DNA from: Armatimonadota bacterium
GTDB taxonomy: Bacteria; Armatimonadota; UBA5829; DTLH01
DNA length: 60,568 nt
Assembly (NCBI GenBank): GCA_038207085.1
Contig: JBBRAE010000016.1
Location: 1-60,568 of the forward strand
Direction of reading: 5' to 3'
Shown here piece after piece: positions 27,823 to 38,018 of the stretch (within the stretch, counting starts at the first letter, position 1; the number at the start of each line of letters is the position of its first letter). Under the pieces are notes generated by a model that was not told where the DNA came from, searched no databases, and saw nothing but the letters and a program-made list of their open reading frames with translations. The position numbers and the translations under genes are program-made.

Positions 27823-29094
27823 CTAAATCTCGAACTTGAACCGGGTGCTTCCAACCTGAATCTCGTCACCGGGGTTGATAGTCTGAGTGCCTGTGACTTT
27901 CGCGCCGTTTACGAAGGTGCCGTTCGAGCTTCCGAGGTCGGTTACGGTGAAGCCGTCACCCGCGCGGTCGATCTTGGCGTGTCGGCGCGAACTTGTGCCG
28001 TCGTCTGCGAGTGCGACATGGTTTGAGGCGTCGCGGCCAAGGGTCAGCTCAGCGTCAGAAAGCTCAAAAATGCGCCCGGCATACGGCCCGTGAAGCCCAA
28101 CGAGCCTCGGCGTGCCCGTCGCGGTCGCAGTTGAAGCGCCGACACTGCACGCGCAGTTGCCCTGGGCGTCCTTCTTCTGGCCGCAGAACTGGCAGACGCT
28201 CGGGTCAACCTGCTGGGTGGGAGTGGACTGAGGCGACGACTGCGCGTCCTCAACGCCGTCCTGCGGAAACTCCGCACCCATCTTGCGCAGGCTACCTTCG
28301 ACTGTCACACCCTTACTTTTCAGCACCACATAGCCGACGTAGGCAATCATCCCTATAAAGATAATTCCGGCGAGCGCGGATAGGAACCCACTGCGCCCCG
28401 GTCGCTCCTTGGGCTTGGCAGCAGGCGAAGCATCCTCGCTTGCCGAACTCTGCGCAGCGGCGACTTTGATAGTGCGAAGCTTCTCAGCCGATATGACGAT
28501 CTCATGGGTGAACACTGGCTCATCGCGGTCTGCCGGGACTTCCATCTCAACGGTCATCTTGCCGCCGTCATAGGCGACCTGCACGCTTTCAAGCCCTGCG
28601 GCGATGTTTCTAAACTCGGCGTTGCCTTCGCTTGTGGGGTCGACCATGGTTGTAAAGACGTCGGAGTTGGCGTCGGTCAGGGTGACTACAGCGGACTCAA
28701 CGCGCTCATCGGGCTTGCCGTTTGCTGGTCTGAGGACGATCTTAACCCGTCCGATGCGGTCGAAATCTGCGCCTTTCAGCTTGAGTTCTTTCTTGCCCAC
28801 CAGGTTTTCGAGTGACTTCTCGGCGATGTTGCCTGTTTTAGGGTCATAGACATGCAGCTTCCCCTTGCCGAGCTTACCGGCAGGCGACGCTGGAGCCAGG
28901 TCGATCTCTGCGTCATCACCCGCGACTCGCTTCGGGGCTGTGACGATGGGTTTTCCATCACTGCCCTTCGCGTCCAGCCAGTAGAGGTAAGCGCCCTTCT
29001 CGGGGAACGTTACCTTGACAGTAGGATCAGCGCACGCGACGACCGCAAGCATCATACCTACGAAGACCGCCCAAGTCACTTTGTTTGTGACCAT
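27823..29094 (-). CDS. Single-pass membrane protein: extracytoplasmic beta-rich domain, TM, Cys4 motif, FHA
   Basis: Signal peptide, TM at LSALAGIIFIGMIAYVGYVVL, CQFCG..CAC, GR..SRRHA..GSSNGT; ATG 29094 behind GGGAGG. Confidence 0.88.
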   Translation of the reverse strand: MVTNKVTWAVFVGMMLAVVACADPTVKVTFPEKGAYLYWLDAKGSDGKPIVTAPKRVAGDDAEIDLAPASPAGKLGKGKLHVYDPKTGNIAEKSLENLVGKKELKLKGADFDRIGRVKIVLRPANGKPDERVESAVVTLTDANSDVFTTMVDPTSEGNAEFRNIAAGLESVQVAYDGGKMTVEMEVPADRDEPVFTHEIVISAEKLRTIKVAAAQSSASEDASPAAKPKERPGRSGFLSALAGIIFIGMIAYVGYVVLKSKGVTVEGSLRKMGAEFPQDGVEDAQSSPQSTPTQQVDPSVCQFCGQKKDAQGNCACSVGASTATATGTPRLVGLHGPYAGRIFELSDAELTLGRDASNHVALADDGTSSRRHAKIDRAGDGFTVTDLGSSNGTFVNGAKVTGTQTINPGDEIQVGSTRFKFEI

Positions 29095-29104
29095 AACTAG
29101 GATT

Positions 29105-29204
29105 CCTCCCTTGTAAATGGCGCTTTCTGCCATTTACGTTCCCATTGTGATAAAGACGGCAGCAGCGCGGTATTTGCGCTGCGAGAGTCTTTATCACAAC
29201 TCCC
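29105..29204 (-). repeat. Two-hairpin leader element, copy C
   Basis: Sense strand GGGAGTTGTGATAAAGACTCTCGCAGCGCAAATACCGCGCTGCTGCCGTCTTTATCACAATGGGAACGTAAATGGCAGAAAGCGCCATTTACAAGGGAGG. Confidence 0.9.
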
Positions 29205-30738
29205 ATAACCGCTCTATTGCCCTTGGAAGAAGCGGGAGCAGGTCGGTTGCCGCAACTCCGGCATCGCCGAACTCCTCGGCGGCCAACTCACCCGCTTTTC
29301 CATGAATATATACGCCGCAGATCGCGGCATCAATTGCACTCAAACCCTGCGCGAGAAGCCCTACAATCGCGCCGGTCAGCACATCGCCCGTTCCCCCGGT
29401 TGCAAGCGCGGGGCTGCCGGTCGTGTTTACCCAAACCTCGCCATCAGGCGAGGCGATTACCGTCGCCGCGCCCTTTAAAACAACCACCGCACCGAACTTC
29501 TTCGCGGCCTGCCGGGCGGTTTCCAGTCTGTTTGACTGAATCTCCGCGGTCGATGTTCCAAGCAGGCGAGCCATCTCACCGGGATGCGGCGTCAACACGA
29601 CCGGAGACCTCACACTTGATAATACGCTAGTGTCTTCGGAAACGGCGTTCAGCCCGTCAGCGTCGATCACCATCGGGCAATCAATCGCGGGAAGCATCTC
29701 AAGGACGAACTTGACCGTCTCGGGGTCTTTGCCGACACCCGGCCCGATCGCAACGGAGTCACACCTGCCGACAAGCTCGAGCGCTTGTTTCATCGCGCCA
29801 AGCGAAAAACTCCGGGACTCAGTCTCAGCAAGCGGCACGGTCATGACCTCGGTGACTTTGGCCGCCAAAATGTCGTTCAAGCTCTCTGGGACGGCCAAAG
29901 TGACTAGCCCCGCCCCGATTCGCACCGCCGACATACTCGACATCGCCGCAGCCCCGGTCAGGCCGATTGACCCTGCGATAACAGCGACGTGCCCAAACGT
30001 GCCCTTGTGGGCATCAGGCGCTCTATCGGGCATCCTGTATAATATATCGTCTGATTCTGTTACAAAGCTTGATATTCCAGCCGTATCGAACGCCGAGGCG
30101 GGGATCCCTATCTCTGCGACGTACAGGTCGCCCGCGTAGTCGAGTCCGGGATAAGAAACAAGCCCAATCTTTGGCAGTGCAAAGGTGACGGTAGCGTCGG
30201 CGATGACACACCTGCCGCCGATCTCCCCCGTGTCGGCATCAAGGCCGGATGGAAGATCAACCGCAACCACAGTCTTGCCGCTCGCATTGATCGCGTCGAT
30301 CACCTCACCGGCAAACCCCGTGACTTCCCCCCTGATCCCGGTGCCAAGAAGGGCGTCGACGATGAGATCGCAGTGGGCAAGCTTCATCGGAAGGTCACCA
30401 AGCTCGGCAATCTCGTCGATCACGATGCCTGATTTCTTTGCGATACCGAGATTGACTCCCGCATCGCCCTTCACGTCCTCGATTCGGCCAACAAGCGCCA
30501 CTCGCACGTCCACACCGACCTCATGGAAGTGTCTCGCGACCACAAAACCGTCGCCACCGTTGTTCCCCTTGCCTGCGATAACAAGCACGCGGCTGCCGTC
30601 GATCTCCGAGAGCATATCGAGCGCGACGTCAAATGCTCGAACCCCGGCGTTTTCCATCAAAACTATGCTCGGGACGCCGAACTCCTCGGTTGCCCGACGG
30701 TCGAGCGTTCTCATCTGCTCTGCAGTTACGATTCTCAT
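29194..30738 (-). CDS. nnr: Bifunctional NAD(P)H-hydrate epimerase/dehydratase
   Basis: LMENAG, GKGNNGGDG, DALLGTG, HKGTFG, IDADGLN, LTPHPGE, GGTGDVLTG. Confidence 0.95.
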   Translation of the reverse strand: MRIVTAEQMRTLDRRATEEFGVPSIVLMENAGVRAFDVALDMLSEIDGSRVLVIAGKGNNGGDGFVVARHFHEVGVDVRVALVGRIEDVKGDAGVNLGIAKKSGIVIDEIAELGDLPMKLAHCDLIVDALLGTGIRGEVTGFAGEVIDAINASGKTVVAVDLPSGLDADTGEIGGRCVIADATVTFALPKIGLVSYPGLDYAGDLYVAEIGIPASAFDTAGISSFVTESDDILYRMPDRAPDAHKGTFGHVAVIAGSIGLTGAAAMSSMSAVRIGAGLVTLAVPESLNDILAAKVTEVMTVPLAETESRSFSLGAMKQALELVGRCDSVAIGPGVGKDPETVKFVLEMLPAIDCPMVIDADGLNAVSEDTSVLSSVRSPVVLTPHPGEMARLLGTSTAEIQSNRLETARQAAKKFGAVVVLKGAATVIASPDGEVWVNTTGSPALATGGTGDVLTGAIVGLLAQGLSAIDAAICGVYIHGKAGELAAEEFGDAGVAATDLLPLLPRAIERLWEL

Positions 30739-31097
30739 TGATCATCCCCTACTACGATCGCCGTAGCGGTGGCGTAGTATTTGGAGTGCGATATGCTAAT
30801 CATTACCCGACATCCCCGCGCAGCGGTCGCGGCCTCACCTGTCAGTTTTACCAGGGGACAGCGGCCTTCTTTGGCTATCTCCACTTCCTGCCAGGAAAAA
30901 GACCGTCCAAACGCCTTCGCGACGGCCTCTTTGGCCGCAAAACGGGCCGCGAGATGGGGGTAACAACTCCTCTTGTTGTTGCAGTAAGCAAGCTCGTCCC
31001 GAGTAAACACCCGCTCCGCAAAGCGAGAGTTCGCGAGAACAGCATCTTTTATGCGCTCTATTTCAATAATGTCGGTTCCAATGCCGATAATCTGCAT
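30735..31097 (-). CDS. acpS: Holo-[acyl-carrier-protein] synthase
   Basis: GIGTDIIEIERI, AARFAAKEAVAKA, ISISH. Confidence 0.95.
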   Translation of the reverse strand: MQIIGIGTDIIEIERIKDAVLANSRFAERVFTRDELAYCNNKRSCYPHLAARFAAKEAVAKAFGRSFSWQEVEIAKEGRCPLVKLTGEAATAARGCRVMISISHSKYYATATAIVVGDDQ

Positions 31098-31236
31098 GTT
31101 TTCCTCTCCGGTCAGTAAAACCTACGACATTTACCAGGGTTTTTCCTTTGTTGGCTATCAACTGTCTGCTTGGGGTGAGGAGGAAGTGGACTGATCTTTC
31201 AGTTCCTGTTAGCATGTACCCGGAGGTCTGACTAAC

Positions 31237-32484
31237 TTGGCTGATGTAAAGACGGAGCTTCTTGCTCCTGCAGGGAATCTTGAGCGGCTGAAATGGGCTG
31301 TGGAGTATGGCGCGGACGCGGTCTACTTTGGCGTGACCGAGTTTTCTCTTCGGAGCTATGCGGGGAATTTCTCACTAGACGAGGCGCGCGTTGGTCTCGA
31401 CTATCTTCACGAGAGGGGCCGCAAGGGGTATGTCACGCTCAATATCTATGCCTTCTCTGATGAGTATGACGAGCTGATCAAGACAGCCGTTACGCTCGAC
31501 GAGATGGGCGCGGACGCCTTTATCGTCGCGGACCTCGGGGTGATGCGTGAAATCGGCAAGCTCGGTCTTCGTACGCCGATCCATGTCAGCACTCAGGCGA
31601 ATACTACGAGCCTTCAGACCGTGCTCGCCTATCGCGATCTTGGAGCAAAGCGCGTCAACCTCGCCCGCGAGCTTTCACTTCAGCAGATCAAGACGATTCA
31701 GGCAGGTATCGTCGGCGAAGACGTTGAAACCGAAGTCTTTATACACGGCTCGGTCTGCTTCTCATACTCAGGCAGGTGCGCGATCAGCGACTATCTCACA
31801 GGTCGAATGGCAAACCGCGGCGAATGCACCCAGCCTTGCCGCTGGCAGTATGAGCTCGTCGAGGAGAAGCGGCCGGGGCAGCATTTTCCGGTATTTGAGG
31901 ACAAACGGGGGCTCTATCTCTTCAACAGCCGCGACCTTGCGCTCTTTCCATTTGTGCCGGAGCTTGTGAACTCCGGCGTCGCCTCGCTCAAGATCGAAGG
32001 CCGGATGAAGAACGTTCACTATACAGCGGCGGTGCTATCGATCTACCGGGCGATCCTCGATGGGCAACAGATCCCAAAAGACGAGGTCTGGAAGCAGCTC
32101 GGGCGCGTGAGCAACCGCGGTTACTCCTTCGGGTTTATGAAAGGCGAGATCACACCCGACGACTACGAAACCGGCACACACCGTTACAAGTCAACTTCGA
32201 CGATGGTCGCGACGACCACCGAGGAGACGCACGGGGTTATGCGAGTCCTCGACGTTAAAAACACGATCCAAGCTGGAGAAAAGCTTGAGCTAGTGACTTC
32301 AGATGGAGTCGAAGAATACCAACTGCCCAACAAACTTATGTCGATAGACGGCGAAGAACTCGATCACGCGAATAACCAAGATACCATACTAATAGATGCT
32401 CAGATACCAGCCTATTCAGTAATGCGCAGAGTCCAGGAAACCGGACCCCTCGTGGGCCCGGAGGATCACCTGCGAAGCCCGTAG
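31237..32484 (+). CDS. U32 family protein (TrhP/PrtC-like, probably tRNA hydroxylation)
   Basis: ELLAPAG, GADAVY, HVSTQAN, CFSYSGRC..NRGECTQPCR Fe-S motif, SLKIEGRMK. Confidence 0.88.
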   Translation: MADVKTELLAPAGNLERLKWAVEYGADAVYFGVTEFSLRSYAGNFSLDEARVGLDYLHERGRKGYVTLNIYAFSDEYDELIKTAVTLDEMGADAFIVADLGVMREIGKLGLRTPIHVSTQANTTSLQTVLAYRDLGAKRVNLARELSLQQIKTIQAGIVGEDVETEVFIHGSVCFSYSGRCAISDYLTGRMANRGECTQPCRWQYELVEEKRPGQHFPVFEDKRGLYLFNSRDLALFPFVPELVNSGVASLKIEGRMKNVHYTAAVLSIYRAILDGQQIPKDEVWKQLGRVSNRGYSFGFMKGEITPDDYETGTHRYKSTSTMVATTTEETHGVMRVLDVKNTIQAGEKLELVTSDGVEEYQLPNKLMSIDGEELDHANNQDTILIDAQIPAYSVMRRVQETGPLVGPEDHLRSP

Positions 32485-32535
32485 GCGCCGGCCCTCGTGG
32501 CGGCGAGGAATCTGCTTCCCCGCTGAGTCCGTTCG

Positions 32536-33726
<1,191 letters not shown>

Positions 33727-33729
33727 CAA

Positions 33730-34398
33730 ATGGAATATCTGGTAATCACCATCGACCAGATCAGGCGAGACAACGAGGTCAAGACGCTTATTGCAAAAGC
33801 AAACGAGCAGATGAACGCGCTTGGGTACACCGAGCACGGGTTCCGCCACGCTGGCAAGGTCTCGGATATGGCGAGGGGTATCCTCGAAAATCTTGAGTTT
33901 AATCCGAGGCTCGTAGAACTGGCCGCAATCGCTGGTTATATGCACGATATCGGCAACTCGATCAACCGCACCTCCCACGGTGAGACAGCAGGCGTTATGG
34001 CCTACACGATGCTTACTCGTATGGGGATGCCGTGTGAGGAGGTGGCGACGGTCATCGCGGCGATCGGAAACCACGAGGAAGAGCTGGGCGCTCCTGTCTC
34101 CCCTATCGCGGCAGCTCTGATCCTTGCCGACAAGGCCGACGTCCACCATTCGCGAGTGCAGAACCCGAACCCGCTCGCGTTCGACATCCACGACCGAGTC
34201 AACCACGCCGTGCAGCACTCGGCGCTCCGAGTCGACAAGGCAGCGAAGACGATCAACCTCGAACTCGAAACTGACGGCCAGGCCGCAAGCGTGATGGAGT
34301 ATTTTGAGATATTCCTCACAAGAATGCTGATGTGCCGCAGAGCCGCCGACTTCTTCGGCTACCGCTTCAGGCTGGTCATCAACGGAACGGACCTATAA
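33730..34398 (+). CDS. HD-domain phosphohydrolase
   Basis: GYTEHG..H, MHDIGN, IGNH, LADKADVH, FDIHDRVN. Confidence 0.88.
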   Translation: MEYLVITIDQIRRDNEVKTLIAKANEQMNALGYTEHGFRHAGKVSDMARGILENLEFNPRLVELAAIAGYMHDIGNSINRTSHGETAGVMAYTMLTRMGMPCEEVATVIAAIGNHEEELGAPVSPIAAALILADKADVHHSRVQNPNPLAFDIHDRVNHAVQHSALRVDKAAKTINLELETDGQAASVMEYFEIFLTRMLMCRRAADFFGYRFRLVINGTDL

Positions 34399-34465
34399 AG
34401 CGCGCCTGGCATTTACCGGCAGTTTGGGATTAGCTCCCAGGGATTGGCGGGTGTCGAGGGTTTGG

Positions 34466-34612
34466 GTGGAGCGCACGTTTCGAGAGCCTCAACGTGATTG
34501 GCTTTAGGTTGATCAAACTTGAGGGATTCTACGGCTAGCGGTACAATTGCTCACCCTGCCACCCAAACCAATAACCCCTCACCCTGAGGCTCTCGAAGGG
34601 TGCGCTCCACAA
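34466..34612. repeat. Inverted pair of TGAGGCTCTCGAA-type palindromic repeats
   Basis: GTGGAGCGCACGTTTCGAGAGCCTCAACGTG pairs with CACCCTGAGGCTCTCGAAGGGTGCGCTCCAC; related motif at about 26303-26330. Confidence 0.65.
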
Positions 34613-34664
34613 ATCAAAGGGCCTACTACAACCCCCGGCAGCTAATCACATACCCCACACTTGG

Positions 34665-34692
34665 TTTACATTCTCTCCGAATGCGGTACAAT
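34665..34692 (+). promoter_or_regulatory. Possible sigma70 promoter for sod
   Basis: TTTACA-16nt-TACAAT. Confidence 0.45.
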
Positions 34693-34750
34693 CTCATCAG
34701 CTTGCTTGCTACAACGGACATTATTTCAACCCACAGGAGGGAACATCAAA

Positions 34751-35347
34751 ATGGCACATGAACTGCCGCCGCTTCCGTATGCTTACGACGCTCTGGAACC
34801 GTATTACGATAAAGAAACGGTTACACTCCACCACGACAAGCACCACGCCGCCTATGTCACGGGGCTAAACGCCGCCGAGGACAAGGTCAAGGCGATGACT
34901 GCATCCGGCGACTTCGCAGGGGCCAAGGCTGCGGCCAAGGAGCAGGCGTTCCACGGCTCGGGACACATCCTGCACACCATTTTCTGGAACAATATGAAGC
35001 CCGGTGGCGGTGGACAGCCCTCCGGCGCGCTTGCGGACGCGATCAACTCCACATTCGGCAGTTACGACGCCTTCAAGGGCCTCTTTCTTGCCACTGCGAA
35101 CACGATAGAGGGCTCCGGCTGGGCAATCCTCGCCCACCGCCCGATGGACGGCGCAATCGTCATCCTCAGCGCTGAGAAGCACGAGAACCTGACCCAGTGG
35201 GGAGTCGTCCCGCTGCTCGTCCTCGATGTCTGGGAGCACGCCTACTACCTCAAATACCAGAACCGCCGCCCCGACTGGACCAAAGCGTTCATCGAGAACC
35301 TGGTCAACTGGGACGACGTTGCAGCGCGATTTGAGAATAGTCGCTAG
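34751..35347 (+). CDS. sod: Fe/Mn superoxide dismutase
   Basis: LPPLPYAYDALEP, HHDKHH, GHILH, GSGW, DVWEHAYY; ATG 34751 with AGGAGG. Confidence 0.96.
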   Translation: MAHELPPLPYAYDALEPYYDKETVTLHHDKHHAAYVTGLNAAEDKVKAMTASGDFAGAKAAAKEQAFHGSGHILHTIFWNNMKPGGGGQPSGALADAINSTFGSYDAFKGLFLATANTIEGSGWAILAHRPMDGAIVILSAEKHENLTQWGVVPLLVLDVWEHAYYLKYQNRRPDWTKAFIENLVNWDDVAARFENSR

Positions 35348-35376
35348 TAGCTAGTATTCAGTCGCTAGTTTGGATT

Positions 35377-35406
35377 GGGCGGTGCCTTTGTGGCGTCGCC
35401 CTTTCT
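35377..35406 (+). terminator. Probable terminator after sod
   Basis: GGGCGGTGCC-TTTGT-GGCGTCGCCC-TTTCT. Confidence 0.55.
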
Positions 35407-35416
35407 GCTGTACTAG

Positions 35417-35620
35417 GAGTGTGTCTGAGAAGTGTAGTGGCCGTCCCGCCGCGGCGGCCATCGGCGCGGAACGCGCCGAACAAACAATGGAATTTCGTAG
35501 AGTTGCTCATTTGGAGCGCATTACACAGTTGGCGCAGCACCTTTGGTGCTGATGGCGGGCGCGGCGACCCGCCACTACGGGCGTTCGGTGCTGCCCAACA
35601 GCTAAGATGCGTTCGCCCTG
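35417..35620. mobile_element. Chimeric MITE (left end of the 9458 type; core and right end of the 20453 type)
   Basis: Starts GAGTGTGTCTGAGAAGT; 35434-35620 matches 20484-20670 with 3 mismatches in 187 bp. Confidence 0.85.
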
Positions 35621-35677
35621 CACCGGCCCCCAACCCCTAGCCCCCAGCCCCCATCTTCTGCTACACTAAAGAAGATC

Positions 35678-36868
35678 ATGCAAGCAAACGACACAACTCC
35701 ATACTGGCGGCGGAATCTTCTTGTTCTATCGCTCACCGTCGGCCTCTCGTCGATCAGTTGGAGCCAGATAGTTCCGTTTCTTCCCCTGTTTCTAAAAGAC
35801 CTCGGAGTGCCAGCCAATCAGGTGTTCTGGTGGTCGGGGATGGTGTTTGCCTCGCAGAGCGTCGCGAGTATTGTTACGCTGCCCTTCTGGGGCAAGATGG
35901 GCGACAAGTATGGCCAAAAACCGATGACCATACGCGCGGGGTTCTTCCTGTCGGCGATTTACTTCGGCATGAGCGCGTGCCAGGCGCCGTGGCAGATGAT
36001 ACTCCTCAGGTTCCTTAACGGGGCGCTTACAGGGTTTATCCCCGGCTCGATGGCCTTGATCGCCACCAACACCCCAAGAGAAAACGCCCCCAAAGCCGTC
36101 GCGACGGTACAGACGACTGCGGCGATCGGACAGATCGCTGGCCCACCAATCGGAGGTCTGCTCGCGCATTTCACGGGCGGATACAGGTCGTCGATGTTTC
36201 TGTCGGGAACAGCAGTGCTCCTCTGCACGCTCACGGTGTGGATATTCGTAAGAGAGGTCGTCAAGCCGCAGCAGAAGGAGAAAACGAGCCTGATGCAGGA
36301 CTTCGCAGTCTCGCTTCGATCCCCTATTATCTCGTCGATGATGCTCGCCGTGCTCCTTGCTGTGCTCTTCGGTGGGTCGCTTAGCCCGATATTCGCGCTG
36401 CACGTGAAGTCGATCAGCCCCAACACCCCCGAGGTCTGGAACGGGATGATATATGCCATGCTCCCCGCTGCTATCGCACTTTCCGCGAGAAAATGGGCGG
36501 GTTTTGGCGAGCGACGAGGGCCGGAGCGGGCGATCTACATCGGCCTGATCGGCGGCGCGACGTGTTCGCTTTTGATAGGCTTGACCCACAGCATCTGGGC
36601 GTTTGCCGGGGCGCTTTTCGTCGCGGGACTCTTCCTTGCTTCGGCAAGCCCAAGCGCGGGGACGATCATCTGCACGCGGGTCGACCAGGGCTTTCAGGGC
36701 AGGGCATACGGTATGATGTGGTCCGCGCAGACCCTTGGAGCGCTGATTGCACCGCTTGCCGCAGCCCCTATCGGCGCGAATTACGGGACTGGAGCCGTGT
36801 TCATTTTCGTAGGCGCAGCGATGCTCCTTGGCATAATCCCATTGAGGAAGCTCATCAGGCGATGGTAA
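35678..36868 (+). CDS. MFS transporter (MdtG/DHA1-like)
   Basis: WRRNL, PFLPLFL, PFWGKMGDKYGQKPM, GPPIGG; about 12 TM. Confidence 0.88.
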   Translation: MQANDTTPYWRRNLLVLSLTVGLSSISWSQIVPFLPLFLKDLGVPANQVFWWSGMVFASQSVASIVTLPFWGKMGDKYGQKPMTIRAGFFLSAIYFGMSACQAPWQMILLRFLNGALTGFIPGSMALIATNTPRENAPKAVATVQTTAAIGQIAGPPIGGLLAHFTGGYRSSMFLSGTAVLLCTLTVWIFVREVVKPQQKEKTSLMQDFAVSLRSPIISSMMLAVLLAVLFGGSLSPIFALHVKSISPNTPEVWNGMIYAMLPAAIALSARKWAGFGERRGPERAIYIGLIGGATCSLLIGLTHSIWAFAGALFVAGLFLASASPSAGTIICTRVDQGFQGRAYGMMWSAQTLGALIAPLAAAPIGANYGTGAVFIFVGAAMLLGIIPLRKLIRRW

Positions 36869-36872
36869 TGCG

Positions 36873-37913
36873 CTACTCGCGCGTAGTCACCTTGCCGCCG
36901 TATTTGAAATCGCCAGCAATGACTCCCCTGCGGCTTGCTACGGCGTGCAGCAAAAGCTCCTGAGTCGTCGCAGCCGATATCGGGAAGAGCTCTTCATCAA
37001 ATGACGGAACCCGGAGCGCTACGGCGTTCGGCAGTCCGAAATCAAACTCCTGGTCGGTGATCGCGACGACGTGACTCCCCTTCTCAGCAATCTCAGTCGC
37101 CATTGAGCGAAGCAGCTCGAAAGTCCTCCCACCGGGGATAAATACCACCGCGTGGTGGCTCTTTCCAACCATCTCAAAAGGCCCGTGCCGAAACGCGCCG
37201 CCCGTGAACGCCGTCGCGTAGGTGTGGGTGCCCTCCATAAAGGTCAGCGTCGCCTGTCTCGCCGCCGCCATCGCGGGCCCGCGGGCTATGAAGTGGATGA
37301 CGGAGCCGTCGGCGAGCAGATCAGCCGCGGTGTCAATCTTGTGCTGGTTGTAGTCACCCATACGGTCGGCAAGCATCGCAAGCGCGCCGAGCGCGGCATG
37401 AGTGGCGCTGTCGCCTTTCAGAGACTGACACATCAGGTAGAGAATGGCGAGCTGGTTGACGTAGGTCTTGGTGGAGATCGCCCCTTCGATGCCTGCAATG
37501 ATCGGCAAATGAAGCGGCGTGGCGCGCGCAATCGAGCTTCCAGGGGTATTGGTGATCGCGGCCATCTCATCGGCTATGTCGTCACGCTCGACGATCTTGC
37601 GGGTTTCGACGCTTTCGCCCGATTGGCTGATCAAGACGAGCATGCCTTTGATCGGCCTTGGATAATGCAGAAGCTCGCCCGCGTCGATTGTCGTCGCGTC
37701 TACTCCGAGGCGGGTCATCTCAGCGGCAACCGACTCGGCGACGAACTCAGAGGTGCCCATTCCGGCAAACACCACTCGACCCGCCCCAACCGCAGCCGCA
37801 GCCCATTTCTCAAGGTCCATTATGCCGACGCTTGAGTAGTATGCCACAAGGTCACGAACCGAGTCCGGCTGCTCGGCGATCTCTCTTAGGAATGTGCTGG
37901 TATCCTCGTTCAT
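36873..37913 (-). CDS. Double SIS-domain phosphosugar isomerase/deaminase (GlmS-C/FrlB/AgaS-like)
   Basis: EIAEQP, GMGTS, ISQSGES.ET, STKTY, FRHGPFEM, KVTTRE. Confidence 0.85.
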   Translation of the reverse strand: MNEDTSTFLREIAEQPDSVRDLVAYYSSVGIMDLEKWAAAAVGAGRVVFAGMGTSEFVAESVAAEMTRLGVDATTIDAGELLHYPRPIKGMLVLISQSGESVETRKIVERDDIADEMAAITNTPGSSIARATPLHLPIIAGIEGAISTKTYVNQLAILYLMCQSLKGDSATHAALGALAMLADRMGDYNQHKIDTAADLLADGSVIHFIARGPAMAAARQATLTFMEGTHTYATAFTGGAFRHGPFEMVGKSHHAVVFIPGGRTFELLRSMATEIAEKGSHVVAITDQEFDFGLPNAVALRVPSFDEELFPISAATTQELLLHAVASRRGVIAGDFKYGGKVTTRE

Positions 37914-37976
37914 CCACTCTCCTCCAAAGGCTTTGCCCTTGAGTATTGTAGACGCAAAAACCTCGGTGTAAACAAT

Positions 37977-38014
37977 AAAAATAGCTCTGCCCGGACCAAA
38001 GCCCGGGCAGAAAC
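37977..38014 (-). terminator. Probable terminator after the GH151-like gene
   Basis: TCTGCCCGG..CCGGGCAGA followed by GCTATTTTT on minus strand. Confidence 0.55.
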
Positions 38015-38018
38015 GGTT

